A DNA stretch of 64,000 bases from Pseudomonadota bacterium (lineage in GTDB: Bacteria; Pseudomonadota; Gammaproteobacteria; UBA12402), in NCBI GenBank assembly GCA_038043025.1, contig JBBTCW010000006.1:26710-90709 (forward strand), read 5' to 3'. The notes beneath the pieces are model-generated. The model was given only the letters and a program-made list of their open reading frames with translations. It was not told the origin of the DNA and did not search any database. A program made the translations under genes and the position numbers. Below are positions 48,326-58,009 of this stretch, piece after piece (the first letter of the stretch is position 1; the number at the start of each line of letters is the position of its first letter).

Positions 48326-49452
48326 GATTAGGTATTGATGCATCCAATATTCGCAGTGGTGGTGGGGTTGTGCATCTTGTTGAGCTTTTAAATAATTTAG
48401 ATCCTCATTCCTATGGTATAAATAACGTTATCGTTTGGGGAGGAGAGACTTTGTTATCTCAGTTGCCCAAAAAAGATTGGTTGCAGTTGCAGTTCGTACC
48501 GATATTAAATCGACATGTTTTGTATCGCAGTTTATGGCAGCGATTTAGCTTGCCCAAGCTGGCAGAGCAACAGTGCGATATCTTATTTGTGCCAGGCGGC
48601 ATTTGTTATGCGCGACGATTGCCTTACGTTGTTCTATGTCAAAATATGCTGCCGTTTTTATGGAAAGAAATTTTTAGTTATGTAAGATATTTTCGGTTTT
48701 TTCGGTTGTTGTTATTGCGATATGCGCAGATACGATCTTTTAAAAAAGCCAGCGGCGTTATTTTTTTAACGGATTATAGTTTGGAGATTGTACGAAAAAA
48801 AACGCATATTACAATGAATAAATCTTGTGTCATTCCTCATGGAATCAATCCAGATTTTTATGTTGAACCCCGGCATCAAAAACCGATTAAACATTATAAT
48901 GCTGAAAATCCGTTCGAATTATTATATGTTTCAACGATTGATTTTTATAAACAGCAGGATCAGGTGGTGAAGGCCGTTGTTAAATTAAGGAAATGTGGGT
49001 ATCCGGTGATATTGCGTTTAGTGGGTGCCGCATATCCGCCCGCGTTGAGGCGTTTGCAGAAGTTATTAAATAAAGTTGATCCACAGCATAAAACAGTGAT
49101 ATATGAGGAGGGAGGGCAATATCCCCATATCCGAGATTTTTATCGCAGAGCGGATTTATTTATTTTTGCGTCTCGTTGCGAAGCTTTTGGTAATACATTG
49201 TTGGAAGCGGCCGCATCGGGGTTACCGATTGTTTGTTTGAAAGGGCAGCCTATGCAAGAACTCTTGCAGAATGCGTGCGAATACTTTACAGTTGCCGATG
49301 CGGATGAGATTTGCTGTGCGATTAAAAAGTTACTCGACGATGAATCGTTGCGTTTTCAATATGCTCAAAAAGCATATCAACGGGCAAAAAACTATTCTTG
49401 GAATAAAACGGCAGAAAAAACGGGCAGATTTATTAACGCGAGTTTTGGATAG
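48316..49452 (+). CDS. Glycosyltransferase family 4
   Basis: RCEAFGNTLLEAAASGLPIVC EX7E-type motif. Confidence 0.65.
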   Translation: MFMRLGIDASNIRSGGGVVHLVELLNNLDPHSYGINNVIVWGGETLLSQLPKKDWLQLQFVPILNRHVLYRSLWQRFSLPKLAEQQCDILFVPGGICYARRLPYVVLCQNMLPFLWKEIFSYVRYFRFFRLLLLRYAQIRSFKKASGVIFLTDYSLEIVRKKTHITMNKSCVIPHGINPDFYVEPRHQKPIKHYNAENPFELLYVSTIDFYKQQDQVVKAVVKLRKCGYPVILRLVGAAYPPALRRLQKLLNKVDPQHKTVIYEEGGQYPHIRDFYRRADLFIFASRCEAFGNTLLEAAASGLPIVCLKGQPMQELLQNACEYFTVADADEICCAIKKLLDDESLRFQYAQKAYQRAKNYSWNKTAEKTGRFINASFG

Positions 49453-49531
49453 GCGAAAGTCGCTATTAATTGCCTGATTAAAGGTGGCTTTGCCTGGTGA
49501 ATTATCCCAAATAGATAGAGGCAGAAAGATA

Positions 49532-50950
49532 ATGAAACTAACAGAAATCGAAACTCTGGCAAAAAAAGGCGAGTCTGATGCTTTAGAATTTAAAAAATCT
49601 ACTGCGCAGCTGAAAAGTGCGGGTGAAACACTGTGTGCATTTTTGAATAATCATGGCGGGATAATTTTCATTGGCGTTAATGATCATGGTGCAATCATTG
49701 GGCAACAAGTAACAGAGCATACAAAACGAGAAATCGGTAGCATTTTAGCTAAAGTAGCTCCAGAACATAATGTCGATGTTCTATATGTTGATATTAATAA
49801 AACTAAACAGGTCATCGTGTTGCGAGCAACGCCTCACATAGATTTACAGCCATATACATTTGATAGCAAAGCGTATGTTCGCGTTGAATCAAGCACCTAT
49901 CCTATGTCTCGAGATCAATATCAAAGAATGAGTTTAAACTATATGCAACAGCACCGTAGCTGGGAGAATGGGATTATAAAAGATGCTTCAATAGAGGATT
50001 TAGATGCTGAAGAAATTATGAGGACAATAACTGAAGGAATCGCTAATAAAAGAATACCTGCTGATCAAGCGGCCAGCAGTCCTGAAAGGGTGTTAAAACG
50101 ACTTGGGCTGCTCAAGAATAACCAGATAACCAATGCGGCCATTGTATTATTTGCCAAAGAGCCAACCCAGCGGCTTCATCAATGCTCTATTCGTTTAGCC
50201 CGATTTAGAGGGTTAGATAAATCAGAATTTGTGGATAGCAAGGTAGTAGATGGCAATGCTTTTACTTTAATTAATGCTGCCATGTCTTTTGCTGATTTAT
50301 ACTTGCCCGTCAGCAGTAAGTTTGGCTCAGGAAAAATCGAAAGAATTGATGAGCCATTATTTCCGATAGATGCGTTAAGAGAGGTGTTTGCTAATGCGGT
50401 TGGCCATAGAGACTATGCTATGCATACCGCGACGCTCAGTTTTGCGATTTATGAAAATCGACTTGAAATTTGGTCGCCGGGTTTACCGCCCGATGGGGTG
50501 ACTTTCGAGAATATTAAAACCCTGCACGAATCCATACCCAGAAACCGACTGATCACAAAAGTACTTTATTATCGCAAACTTTTTGAGTCATGGGGAAGGG
50601 GAATTCAAAAAATTATAACCCTATGCACGGAAGCCGGCCATCCAGAGCCGGAATTTGTTGAAAGAACCGGTGGGGTATGTGTAATTTTAAAGTCAAAACA
50701 ATCGATAGGCGCGCCAATAATATATGATAAGCAAACAGAAGAAAGAATTAAATTAACTGATAGACAAAAAGAAATTTTATCTATTATTAAGGAAAAGCGT
50801 CAAGCGACATTGCCAGAAATAATTCAAGCTTTAACAGATAAAGCAGCCAAACGCACAGTGCAACGCGAATTAGCTAGACTTAAAGATTTTGGTCTGATTT
50901 CATTGAGGGGAGGAACAAAGGGATCTGTATGGGAAATAATTGCGCCATAA
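49532..50950 (+). CDS. AlbA_2 (Schlafen-like) DNA-binding domain + HATPase_c_4 + C-terminal wHTH protein (putative regulator/ATPase)
   Basis: N-terminus KKGESDALEFKKS...AFLNNHGGIIFIGVNDHG is typical of AlbA_2 'divergent AAA' proteins. C-terminal HTH-like segment. Start at MKLTEIE (RBS GAAAGA). Confidence 0.5.
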   Translation: MKLTEIETLAKKGESDALEFKKSTAQLKSAGETLCAFLNNHGGIIFIGVNDHGAIIGQQVTEHTKREIGSILAKVAPEHNVDVLYVDINKTKQVIVLRATPHIDLQPYTFDSKAYVRVESSTYPMSRDQYQRMSLNYMQQHRSWENGIIKDASIEDLDAEEIMRTITEGIANKRIPADQAASSPERVLKRLGLLKNNQITNAAIVLFAKEPTQRLHQCSIRLARFRGLDKSEFVDSKVVDGNAFTLINAAMSFADLYLPVSSKFGSGKIERIDEPLFPIDALREVFANAVGHRDYAMHTATLSFAIYENRLEIWSPGLPPDGVTFENIKTLHESIPRNRLITKVLYYRKLFESWGRGIQKIITLCTEAGHPEPEFVERTGGVCVILKSKQSIGAPIIYDKQTEERIKLTDRQKEILSIIKEKRQATLPEIIQALTDKAAKRTVQRELARLKDFGLISLRGGTKGSVWEIIAP

Positions 50951-50986
50951 TTGCGCCACATTTACGACACAATTGCGCCATTGTAT

Positions 50987-51020
50987 TTAAATTGAGAAAT
51001 CTCCGCTGCTTGCGGCGGAG
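50987..51020. repeat. 34-bp dispersed hairpin repeat, copy 2 (TTAAATTGAGAAATCTCCGCTGCTTGCGGCGGAG)
   Basis: 32 of 34 positions match the copy at 20051-20084. Preceded by three copies of AATTGCGCCA (50938-50980). Confidence 0.6.
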
Positions 51021-51068
51021 TCAAGGGCGATGGGGAATCAATTAAGGAAACAAAATATTGAGATCATT

Positions 51069-52199
51069 ATGATGAAATTATTAGTTATATTTGGCACGCG
51101 ACCTGAAGCGATTAAACTGGCGCCTGTTATCCATGCGGCTCGTCTCGATGCGCGTTTTGATGTGCAAGTTTGCGTGACGGGTCAACATCGCGAGATGTTG
51201 GATCAGATGTTAGCATTATTTGACATCAAACCCGATTATGATCTCGATATTATGTTGAGTAATCAGCATGTCTTGGATATGACGAGTCGTATTTTATCGG
51301 GGTTGAAGTCAGTTTTGTTTCGCGCACAACCTGATTATATTATTGTGCAAGGTGACACGACCAGTGCGTTTATGGGTGCATTGGCCGGATTTTATTTCAA
51401 AATTCCTGTGGGACATGTGGAAGCAGGATTGCGTACGCACGATTTATATTCGCCTTTTCCGGAAGAAGCGAATCGAACATTGATCACACGATTAGCGCAT
51501 CATCATTTTGCGCCGACTAAAAAAGCGTATGATAACTTGGTGCGAGAAAATATTGCGGTGGATTGTATTACCGTGACAGGAAATACGGTCATTGATGCAT
51601 TGTTATGGGTTTGTAAAAAAAATAAATTAAAAACGGATTGGAGTGATGTTTTTGGCTCAATTTATAAAGTGCTGCAGCCGAAAAAACCCATTATTCTGGT
51701 GACCGGGCATCGTCGAGAGAGTTTTGGACAAGGGTTTTTAAATATTTGTAAAGCATTGGCAACGATTGCTGAAAATCATCCTGATTGGCATATCATTTAT
51801 CCGGTACATTTAAATCCACATGTGCAAGAGCCCGTGCGGGGAATGCTTGATAAATATGATAATGTTCATTTACTTGCGCCATTGGAATATGCGCCTTTTG
51901 TTTATTTGATGCAGCAAGCGCATTTAATTTTGACCGATTCTGGTGGGATACAAGAAGAAGCACCGGCATTAGGCAAGCCGGTGTTGGTGATGCGTGATGT
52001 GACAGAGCGACCCGAAGCCATTGAAGCAGGCACAGCCATTTTGGTGGGAACCGATGCGGCGCGCATTATTGCTGAAGTAGAGGATTTAATGCATAATGCA
52101 GCGCGATATGAAGCAATGGCGCGAATCAATAATCCCTTTGGTGATGGGTGTTCAGCGCGGCGTATTTTAGATAAAATTTTGGAAACATCAGATGAATAA
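51069..52199 (+). CDS. UDP-N-acetylglucosamine 2-epimerase (non-hydrolysing), WecB-like
   Basis: MMKLLVIFGTRPEAIKLAPVI N-terminus is characteristic of WecB/MnaA. Confidence 0.7.
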   Translation: MMKLLVIFGTRPEAIKLAPVIHAARLDARFDVQVCVTGQHREMLDQMLALFDIKPDYDLDIMLSNQHVLDMTSRILSGLKSVLFRAQPDYIIVQGDTTSAFMGALAGFYFKIPVGHVEAGLRTHDLYSPFPEEANRTLITRLAHHHFAPTKKAYDNLVRENIAVDCITVTGNTVIDALLWVCKKNKLKTDWSDVFGSIYKVLQPKKPIILVTGHRRESFGQGFLNICKALATIAENHPDWHIIYPVHLNPHVQEPVRGMLDKYDNVHLLAPLEYAPFVYLMQQAHLILTDSGGIQEEAPALGKPVLVMRDVTERPEAIEAGTAILVGTDAARIIAEVEDLMHNAARYEAMARINNPFGDGCSARRILDKILETSDE

Positions 52200-53439
52200 T
52201 TTTCAGATTAACAAAATTGCAGTGATGGGCTTGGGTTATATCGGATTGCCGACAGCGACCTTGTTTGCAAACCAAGGCATTCCAGTGCTGGGCGTTGATA
52301 TTAACAAGACTATTGTCGATACCGTTAATCAAGGCAAAATTCATATTGTTGAGCCTGATTTAGATAGAATGGTTGAGGCGGTGATTCGAGCAGGTCGGCT
52401 TCGAGCTACAACAGAATGTGAGCCGGCAGATGTTTTTATTATTGCTGTGCCCACGCCATTTAAAGGTGATCATAAGCCTGATCTGTCTTACATTGAATCG
52501 GCCGCAACGATGTTGGCGCCAAAATTAGTCAAGGGAAATTTGGTGATTTTAGAATCTACGTCGCCGGTTGGAACATCCGAGCAGTTGGCGCGTTGGTTAT
52601 CTCAAGATCGTTCGGACCTTTCGTTTCCATTATCATCCGATGATCCGGATATTAATATTTGTTATTGTCCCGAGCGCGTGATTCCGGGAAAAGTGTTGCA
52701 TGAATTAACAATGAATGATCGTATTTTGGGAGGCATGACGCCACGGTGTGCGCAAAAAGCAAAACAAGTCTATGAGCTGTTTGTCAAAGGAGAGTGTTTG
52801 ACGACGGATGCCAAGACAGCAGAATTAGCGAAGCTGACAGAAAATTCTTATCGTGATGTCAACATTGCTTTTGCGAATGAAATGTCATTGGTTTGCGATC
52901 GTTTAGGCGTGGATATATGGGAGTTGATTCGATTAGCGAATCATCATCCGCGTGTGAATATATTGCAACCGGGTGCTGGCGTGGGTGGACATTGTATTGC
53001 GGTGGATCCTTGGTTTATTGTGGATAGCGCGAAGAACATTACGCCGTTGATACAAGCCGCAAGACAAGTCAATAATTTTAAGCCGCAGTATATTCTAAAA
53101 CAGATTGAAAAATTATTAATGCAGCATCCCCATTCGATAGTGGCTTGCTTGGGGTTGTCATACAAACCCGACATTGACGATTTAAGAGAAAGTCCAGCGA
53201 TCAAGATAGTTAACGCATTATCAAAACAAACAGCGATTAAAGAATTATTGGTCGTTGAACCGCATGTTACTGCGTTGCCAGCTTCATTAAAGGGCAAAAT
53301 AGAATTAACCGATGGTCGATCCGCTATTGAACGTGCAAATATTATTGTTGTTTTGGTGCCGCATACGGCATTTAATCAAATCGATCAGACGACATTAAAA
53401 GACAAGCTTCTTATTAATCCAACCCCTCTTTGGCGATAA
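52192..53439 (+). CDS. UDP-N-acetyl-D-mannosamine (UDP-sugar) 6-dehydrogenase, WecC/UDP-glucose dehydrogenase family
   Basis: IAVMGLGYIGLPTATLFANQG Rossmann N-terminus. Catalytic-Cys region GGHCIAVDP. Confidence 0.7.
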   Translation: MNNFQINKIAVMGLGYIGLPTATLFANQGIPVLGVDINKTIVDTVNQGKIHIVEPDLDRMVEAVIRAGRLRATTECEPADVFIIAVPTPFKGDHKPDLSYIESAATMLAPKLVKGNLVILESTSPVGTSEQLARWLSQDRSDLSFPLSSDDPDINICYCPERVIPGKVLHELTMNDRILGGMTPRCAQKAKQVYELFVKGECLTTDAKTAELAKLTENSYRDVNIAFANEMSLVCDRLGVDIWELIRLANHHPRVNILQPGAGVGGHCIAVDPWFIVDSAKNITPLIQAARQVNNFKPQYILKQIEKLLMQHPHSIVACLGLSYKPDIDDLRESPAIKIVNALSKQTAIKELLVVEPHVTALPASLKGKIELTDGRSAIERANIIVVLVPHTAFNQIDQTTLKDKLLINPTPLWR

Positions 53440-53440
53440 T

Positions 53441-55348
53441 ATGTGTGGTATTGCCGGTTTTTCCGGGCATTTCTCACAAGCATTACTGGTTAGCATGATC
53501 GAAACCATTTCGTATCGTGGCCCCGATCACCAGGCTGTCTATTATAATGCATCTTCACAAATTGGATTGGCGCATCGCCGATTATCGATTATTGATGTCT
53601 CCGCAAAGGGCAATCAACCCATGTGGGATGCCAGCCATACCGTTTGTATTGTGTTTAATGGTGAAATCTATAATTTTCAAAAATTGCGCAAAGAATTGGT
53701 CGAAGAAGGGTTTAAATTTAACAATGACACGGATACGGAAGTTATATTAAATTTATATTTACGCGACGGCATTGAATTATTCAAAAAATTAAATGGTATT
53801 TTTGCATTTGCAATTTATGATACGCGAAACCAACAGATTTTGTTGGCGCGCGATCATTTCGGCGTTAAGCCGTTGTATTATGCACAAACTAACGCAGGTT
53901 TTTTATTTGCGAGTGAATTAAAATGTTTGTTAAAAGAATCATCCGTGTCGCGCGAATTAAATCCCATGGCGATTCATAATCATCTACGCTATCTCTGGTC
54001 GCCTTCGCCGGATACGATGTTAAAATCCATCAAAAAATTATTGCCAGGACATGCCTGCTTGATTAAAGCAGGCACCATGCAAAAACAATGGTGCTATTAT
54101 GATTTGCCGTATGATCAGCCGATTAAACCGTATTCGGTAAATGAAGCCGTATCATTATTGCAGACTAAATTAAAACAAGCGGTCGAGCGACAATTGATTT
54201 CGGATGTGCCCGTCGGGGCGTTTTTATCAGGCGGGCTAGATTCAAGCGCCATTGTTGCGATGGTAAAAGAGATTGATCCCGCACGAAAATTGCCTTGTTT
54301 TACGATGCGATTTGCCGATCAGTTTGGTCGCTCTGAAGGAACGGTTGAAGATTTGCCCTACGCCGAAAAAGTGGCAAAGTATTTAAATGTTCCGCTGCAC
54401 GTAATCGATGTTCACGCTGATATGATCGATCAATTGCCGATGATGATTGAGCATTTAGATGAGCCGCAAGCGGATCCTGCCGCACTCAATACATTTTTTA
54501 TTGCGAAATTAGCACGCGATCAGGGAATGAAAGTTTTATTATCGGGCGCGGGCGGCGACGATATTTTTTCAGGGTATCGACGTCATTATGCGCTCATGCA
54601 AGAGCGATACTGGGCATGGTGGCCAAAAGGTATTCGTCGGCAGTTTAGGGTATTGACACAAAAATTTCCCGAAAATAAATTGCGTCGATTTAAAAAAGCA
54701 TTCGCATACGCGGATGTTGATCGCACACAGCGCATCGCCAGTTATTTTTATTGGTTGCAACCTGATATTCAATGTGGTTTGTATAGCAATGATTTGAGTC
54801 GGCAATTAATTTCAGCAGAACAAGACGATGCTCTACTGAATACGTTATGTCAGTTGCCAAAAGAGATGCCCGACTTGAATAAAATGTTATATTTAGAAAC
54901 AAAATATTTTTTAGCGGATCACAATTTAAATTATACTGACAAAATGAGCATGGCGGCGAGTGTTGAGACACGTGTGCCGTTTTTAGATTTGGATTTGGTT
55001 GAATATGCCGCATCATTGCCGATTGCCTTTAAGCAAAACGGGAACGTGGGCAAATGGATATTAAAAAAAGCGATGAAAAACTATTTGCCACAGGATGTTA
55101 TTTATCGCAAAAAAACAGGCTTTGGGGTGCCATTGCGCTTTTGGTTAAAAAATAATTTGCGAGCCATGGTAGTTGATTTGTTGTCCGAGCAGTCGATTAA
55201 TCAGCGGGGGTTGTTTAATGCAGGGGCTGTTAAAAAATTGATAGCCGACAATCAAACCGGAAAAATTGACGCAACCTATCCGATTTTTTCTTTGTTATGT
55301 ATTGAATTGTGGTGTCGCCGTTTTCTTCAATTCTCAGCCCAGAGGTAA
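53441..55348 (+). CDS. Asparagine synthase (glutamine-hydrolysing)-family amidotransferase (WbpS-like)
   Basis: MCGIAGFSG N-terminal nucleophile. SGGLDSS PP-loop. 635 aa. Confidence 0.7.
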   Translation: MCGIAGFSGHFSQALLVSMIETISYRGPDHQAVYYNASSQIGLAHRRLSIIDVSAKGNQPMWDASHTVCIVFNGEIYNFQKLRKELVEEGFKFNNDTDTEVILNLYLRDGIELFKKLNGIFAFAIYDTRNQQILLARDHFGVKPLYYAQTNAGFLFASELKCLLKESSVSRELNPMAIHNHLRYLWSPSPDTMLKSIKKLLPGHACLIKAGTMQKQWCYYDLPYDQPIKPYSVNEAVSLLQTKLKQAVERQLISDVPVGAFLSGGLDSSAIVAMVKEIDPARKLPCFTMRFADQFGRSEGTVEDLPYAEKVAKYLNVPLHVIDVHADMIDQLPMMIEHLDEPQADPAALNTFFIAKLARDQGMKVLLSGAGGDDIFSGYRRHYALMQERYWAWWPKGIRRQFRVLTQKFPENKLRRFKKAFAYADVDRTQRIASYFYWLQPDIQCGLYSNDLSRQLISAEQDDALLNTLCQLPKEMPDLNKMLYLETKYFLADHNLNYTDKMSMAASVETRVPFLDLDLVEYAASLPIAFKQNGNVGKWILKKAMKNYLPQDVIYRKKTGFGVPLRFWLKNNLRAMVVDLLSEQSINQRGLFNAGAVKKLIADNQTGKIDATYPIFSLLCIELWCRRFLQFSAQR

Positions 55349-55454
55349 GCGAAGTGTTCTTCGAATTGAGACTTGGTTATCAGCGAGGCAAGGCATTGAA
55401 CCTGCTTGCCAAAAGCTATATACTGCCAAAGTTGTCTTAAAAGGAGCATGATCT

Positions 55455-56921
55455 GTGAGTATAGCCGGTTTAGATTGTTTATTGGTTTCGCCGTCGACGG
55501 TGTGTCGAGATTCTGGCAATATGTGGAAAGAGATCAACTCGAATTTTCCTCCTTTGGGATTAGCCTCTTTGGCTGGCTATGTGAGAGAGAAAGGTTTTTC
55601 GGTTAAAATCATTGACGGCAATATTCAATGCCCCTTTGAAGAAGATTTCCATCATTTTTTTAAAGAGAATTTTTGCGATAAATTTTCAGATATAAAATTA
55701 ATTGGTTTTACGACGATCACTTGCACCATTAAAAAAGCGTTTAAAATGGCTAAAATGTGCAGGCAGCTTTATCCAAATGCATTAATTGTTTTTGGCGGGG
55801 TACATGCGACGTTTATGACGGATGAAGTTATAAATAATGAATGTGTGGATGTGGTGGTTAAAGGTGAAGGCGAATTAACCATGCATGATTTGCTTTCGGG
55901 CAAGGCATTATCGGACATTCCAGGCATTTGCTATAAGAAACAAGATAAAGTGTTTATGACAAAGCCTCGTGAGCGAATTATTGACTTAGATGCATTGCCG
56001 ATGCCAGCATATGATCTTTTGCCGATTGGGCAATATAGACCCGCAAAAGGTTCTTATAAGCGGTTACCTGCGATGAGTATGATGACCTCTAGGGGCTGTC
56101 CGGGTAGATGTACTTTTTGTAGCAAGACGTTGGGAAATAAATTATTTTTTAAATCAGCTAAACAGATCGTCAAGGAATTAGAATACTTAATAGCTCACTA
56201 TAAGATAAAAGAGATATTGTTTTATGATGATACTTTTACGGTCAACAAAAAAAATGTCATGGAGTTTTGTGATCTTATCATTCAAAAAAACATCGACGTT
56301 ACTTGGACATGTTTTGCGAGAGTCGATTTTATTACCTTAGAAATGTTGAAAAAGATGAAGCGTGCGGGTTGCCATCAAGTCATGTACGGGGTTGAAAACA
56401 TTGATGAGGAAGTGCGGAAAAACATCAAAAAACACATTAATGTTGAACAAGTTGTTCATGCGACACAATGGACTAAACAGGTTGGCATAGAGTGTCGTTT
56501 AGCTTTTATGATAGGGAATCCCGGGGATACCAAAGAAATTATTTTGAAAAACATAGAGTTTATAAATAAGCTCGATCCGGATATTTTGGTGGTCAATATC
56601 ACAACTCCTTTCCCTGGAACTGAAATGTTTGCTTGGGCAAAAGCAAAGGGATTAATTTTAACCTATGACTGGGATGATTACACGTTAGCAAAACCGGTGA
56701 TGCGCTTAGAGAATCTGACAGAGCAAGAGATTCACTCCTTATATAATCTCATGTACAAGCGATTTTATTTGAGACCACGGTTTATATTGAAAAAGGCGTT
56801 ATCTATTAGAAATATAAATGATTTAGGTATATTACTGGGTGGTTTTAAGGCTGTGTTGAGTTTTTTAGGTGGTTCAAAAAAATGTATCAAAGCTGCAGAT
56901 AAAGAGGTTATTTCTAGCTGA
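55455..56921 (+). CDS. Cobalamin-binding (class B) radical SAM protein
   Basis: B12-binding-like N-terminus and SRGCPGRCTFCSK. GTG start after an AAAGGAG RBS. Confidence 0.6.
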   Translation: MSIAGLDCLLVSPSTVCRDSGNMWKEINSNFPPLGLASLAGYVREKGFSVKIIDGNIQCPFEEDFHHFFKENFCDKFSDIKLIGFTTITCTIKKAFKMAKMCRQLYPNALIVFGGVHATFMTDEVINNECVDVVVKGEGELTMHDLLSGKALSDIPGICYKKQDKVFMTKPRERIIDLDALPMPAYDLLPIGQYRPAKGSYKRLPAMSMMTSRGCPGRCTFCSKTLGNKLFFKSAKQIVKELEYLIAHYKIKEILFYDDTFTVNKKNVMEFCDLIIQKNIDVTWTCFARVDFITLEMLKKMKRAGCHQVMYGVENIDEEVRKNIKKHINVEQVVHATQWTKQVGIECRLAFMIGNPGDTKEIILKNIEFINKLDPDILVVNITTPFPGTEMFAWAKAKGLILTYDWDDYTLAKPVMRLENLTEQEIHSLYNLMYKRFYLRPRFILKKALSIRNINDLGILLGGFKAVLSFLGGSKKCIKAADKEVISS

Positions 56922-58009
56922 TGAATAAATATAAATTAACTGTCATTGTGCCCTGTTATAATGAAGAGAAAACCCTGGCGTTTTGTCTTCAGCGAGTATT
57001 AGAAATACAAAGCGACCTGATTTCATTAGAAATTATTATTGTCGATGATTGTTCATCTGATCACAGTATGCGGGTTGCCAAATCACTGTCTGAAAAACAT
57101 CAAGAAATCGTTGTTGTTTCGCATTCAAAAAATCAAGGTAAAGGTGCGGCAATTAGAACGGGGATGCAACATGCTTCAGGGGATTTTGTAGCTGTGCAAG
57201 ATGCTGATCTTGAATATAACCCGATAGAATTGATCAAACTTTTGCAGCCGATCATTAATGATGTTGCAGATGTGGTGTTAGGATCTCGGTTTGTGACGAG
57301 TCAAGAACATCGCGTTTTATATTTTTGGCATAGTCTGGGTAATAAATTTTTAACGTTGCTTTCTAATATGTTCACCGACTTAACTCTTAGTGATATGGAA
57401 ACTTGTTACAAGGTTTTTCGGCGTGATAAAATTCAAGATATTATCATCGAAGAAAATCGTTTTGGATTCGAGCCAGAAATTGTTGCTAAAATAGCACAGA
57501 AAAAATTGCGTATTTATGAAATGGGTATTTCTTATCATGGGCGTACCTATGAAGAAGGGAAGAAGATTGGTTGGAAAGACGGGTTGCGAGCTTTTTATTG
57601 CATTTTTCATTATAACGCTCCACAGTTGCCGGCACCCATGCAGTTTTTTATATATTTTTTTATTGGTGGTTTTTCAGCAATTATCAATATTGCAACGTTC
57701 TCTTTTTTATATGCGATGGGGAGGGGCATTATTTCTTCAGCAATAATATCTTTTTCTATTTCTGCGATAGTGAATTATATCTTATGTGTCAAATGGTTGT
57801 TTAGACACCAGTCAAGATGGCGCGCTTGTTTAGAAATATTATTCTACATCATCTTTGTTGCTCTGATCGGTGTTATAGATGTATCTCTTACCCTTTCATT
57901 GTCAAAAACCTTGCGTCCCGTTTTTGCTATAACAATCGCGAGCACAGTGGTATTTGTTGTGAACTTTTTCACAAGAAAATATTTTATTTTTGGCGAAAAA
58001 AAGAGTTAA
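56921..58009 (+). CDS. Polyprenyl-phosphate glycosyltransferase (GT2, DPM1/ArnC-like) fused to a GtrA-like TM domain
   Basis: LTVIVPCYNEEKTL...IIVDDCSSD, VQDADLE. C-terminal 100 aa hydrophobic (FFIGGFSAIINIATFSFLYAMG). Confidence 0.65.
   Translation: MNKYKLTVIVPCYNEEKTLAFCLQRVLEIQSDLISLEIIIVDDCSSDHSMRVAKSLSEKHQEIVVVSHSKNQGKGAAIRTGMQHASGDFVAVQDADLEYNPIELIKLLQPIINDVADVVLGSRFVTSQEHRVLYFWHSLGNKFLTLLSNMFTDLTLSDMETCYKVFRRDKIQDIIIEENRFGFEPEIVAKIAQKKLRIYEMGISYHGRTYEEGKKIGWKDGLRAFYCIFHYNAPQLPAPMQFFIYFFIGGFSAIINIATFSFLYAMGRGIISSAIISFSISAIVNYILCVKWLFRHQSRWRACLEILFYIIFVALIGVIDVSLTLSLSKTLRPVFAITIASTVVFVVNFFTRKYFIFGEKKS

Noticed and set aside
55266-55606. Small ORFs 55266-55451, 55334-55537 and 55406-55606 between asnB and the rSAM gene.
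   Set aside because: They are short and mutually overlapping. The rSAM gene has a good GTG start with an AAAGGAG RBS at 55455, which explains this region.
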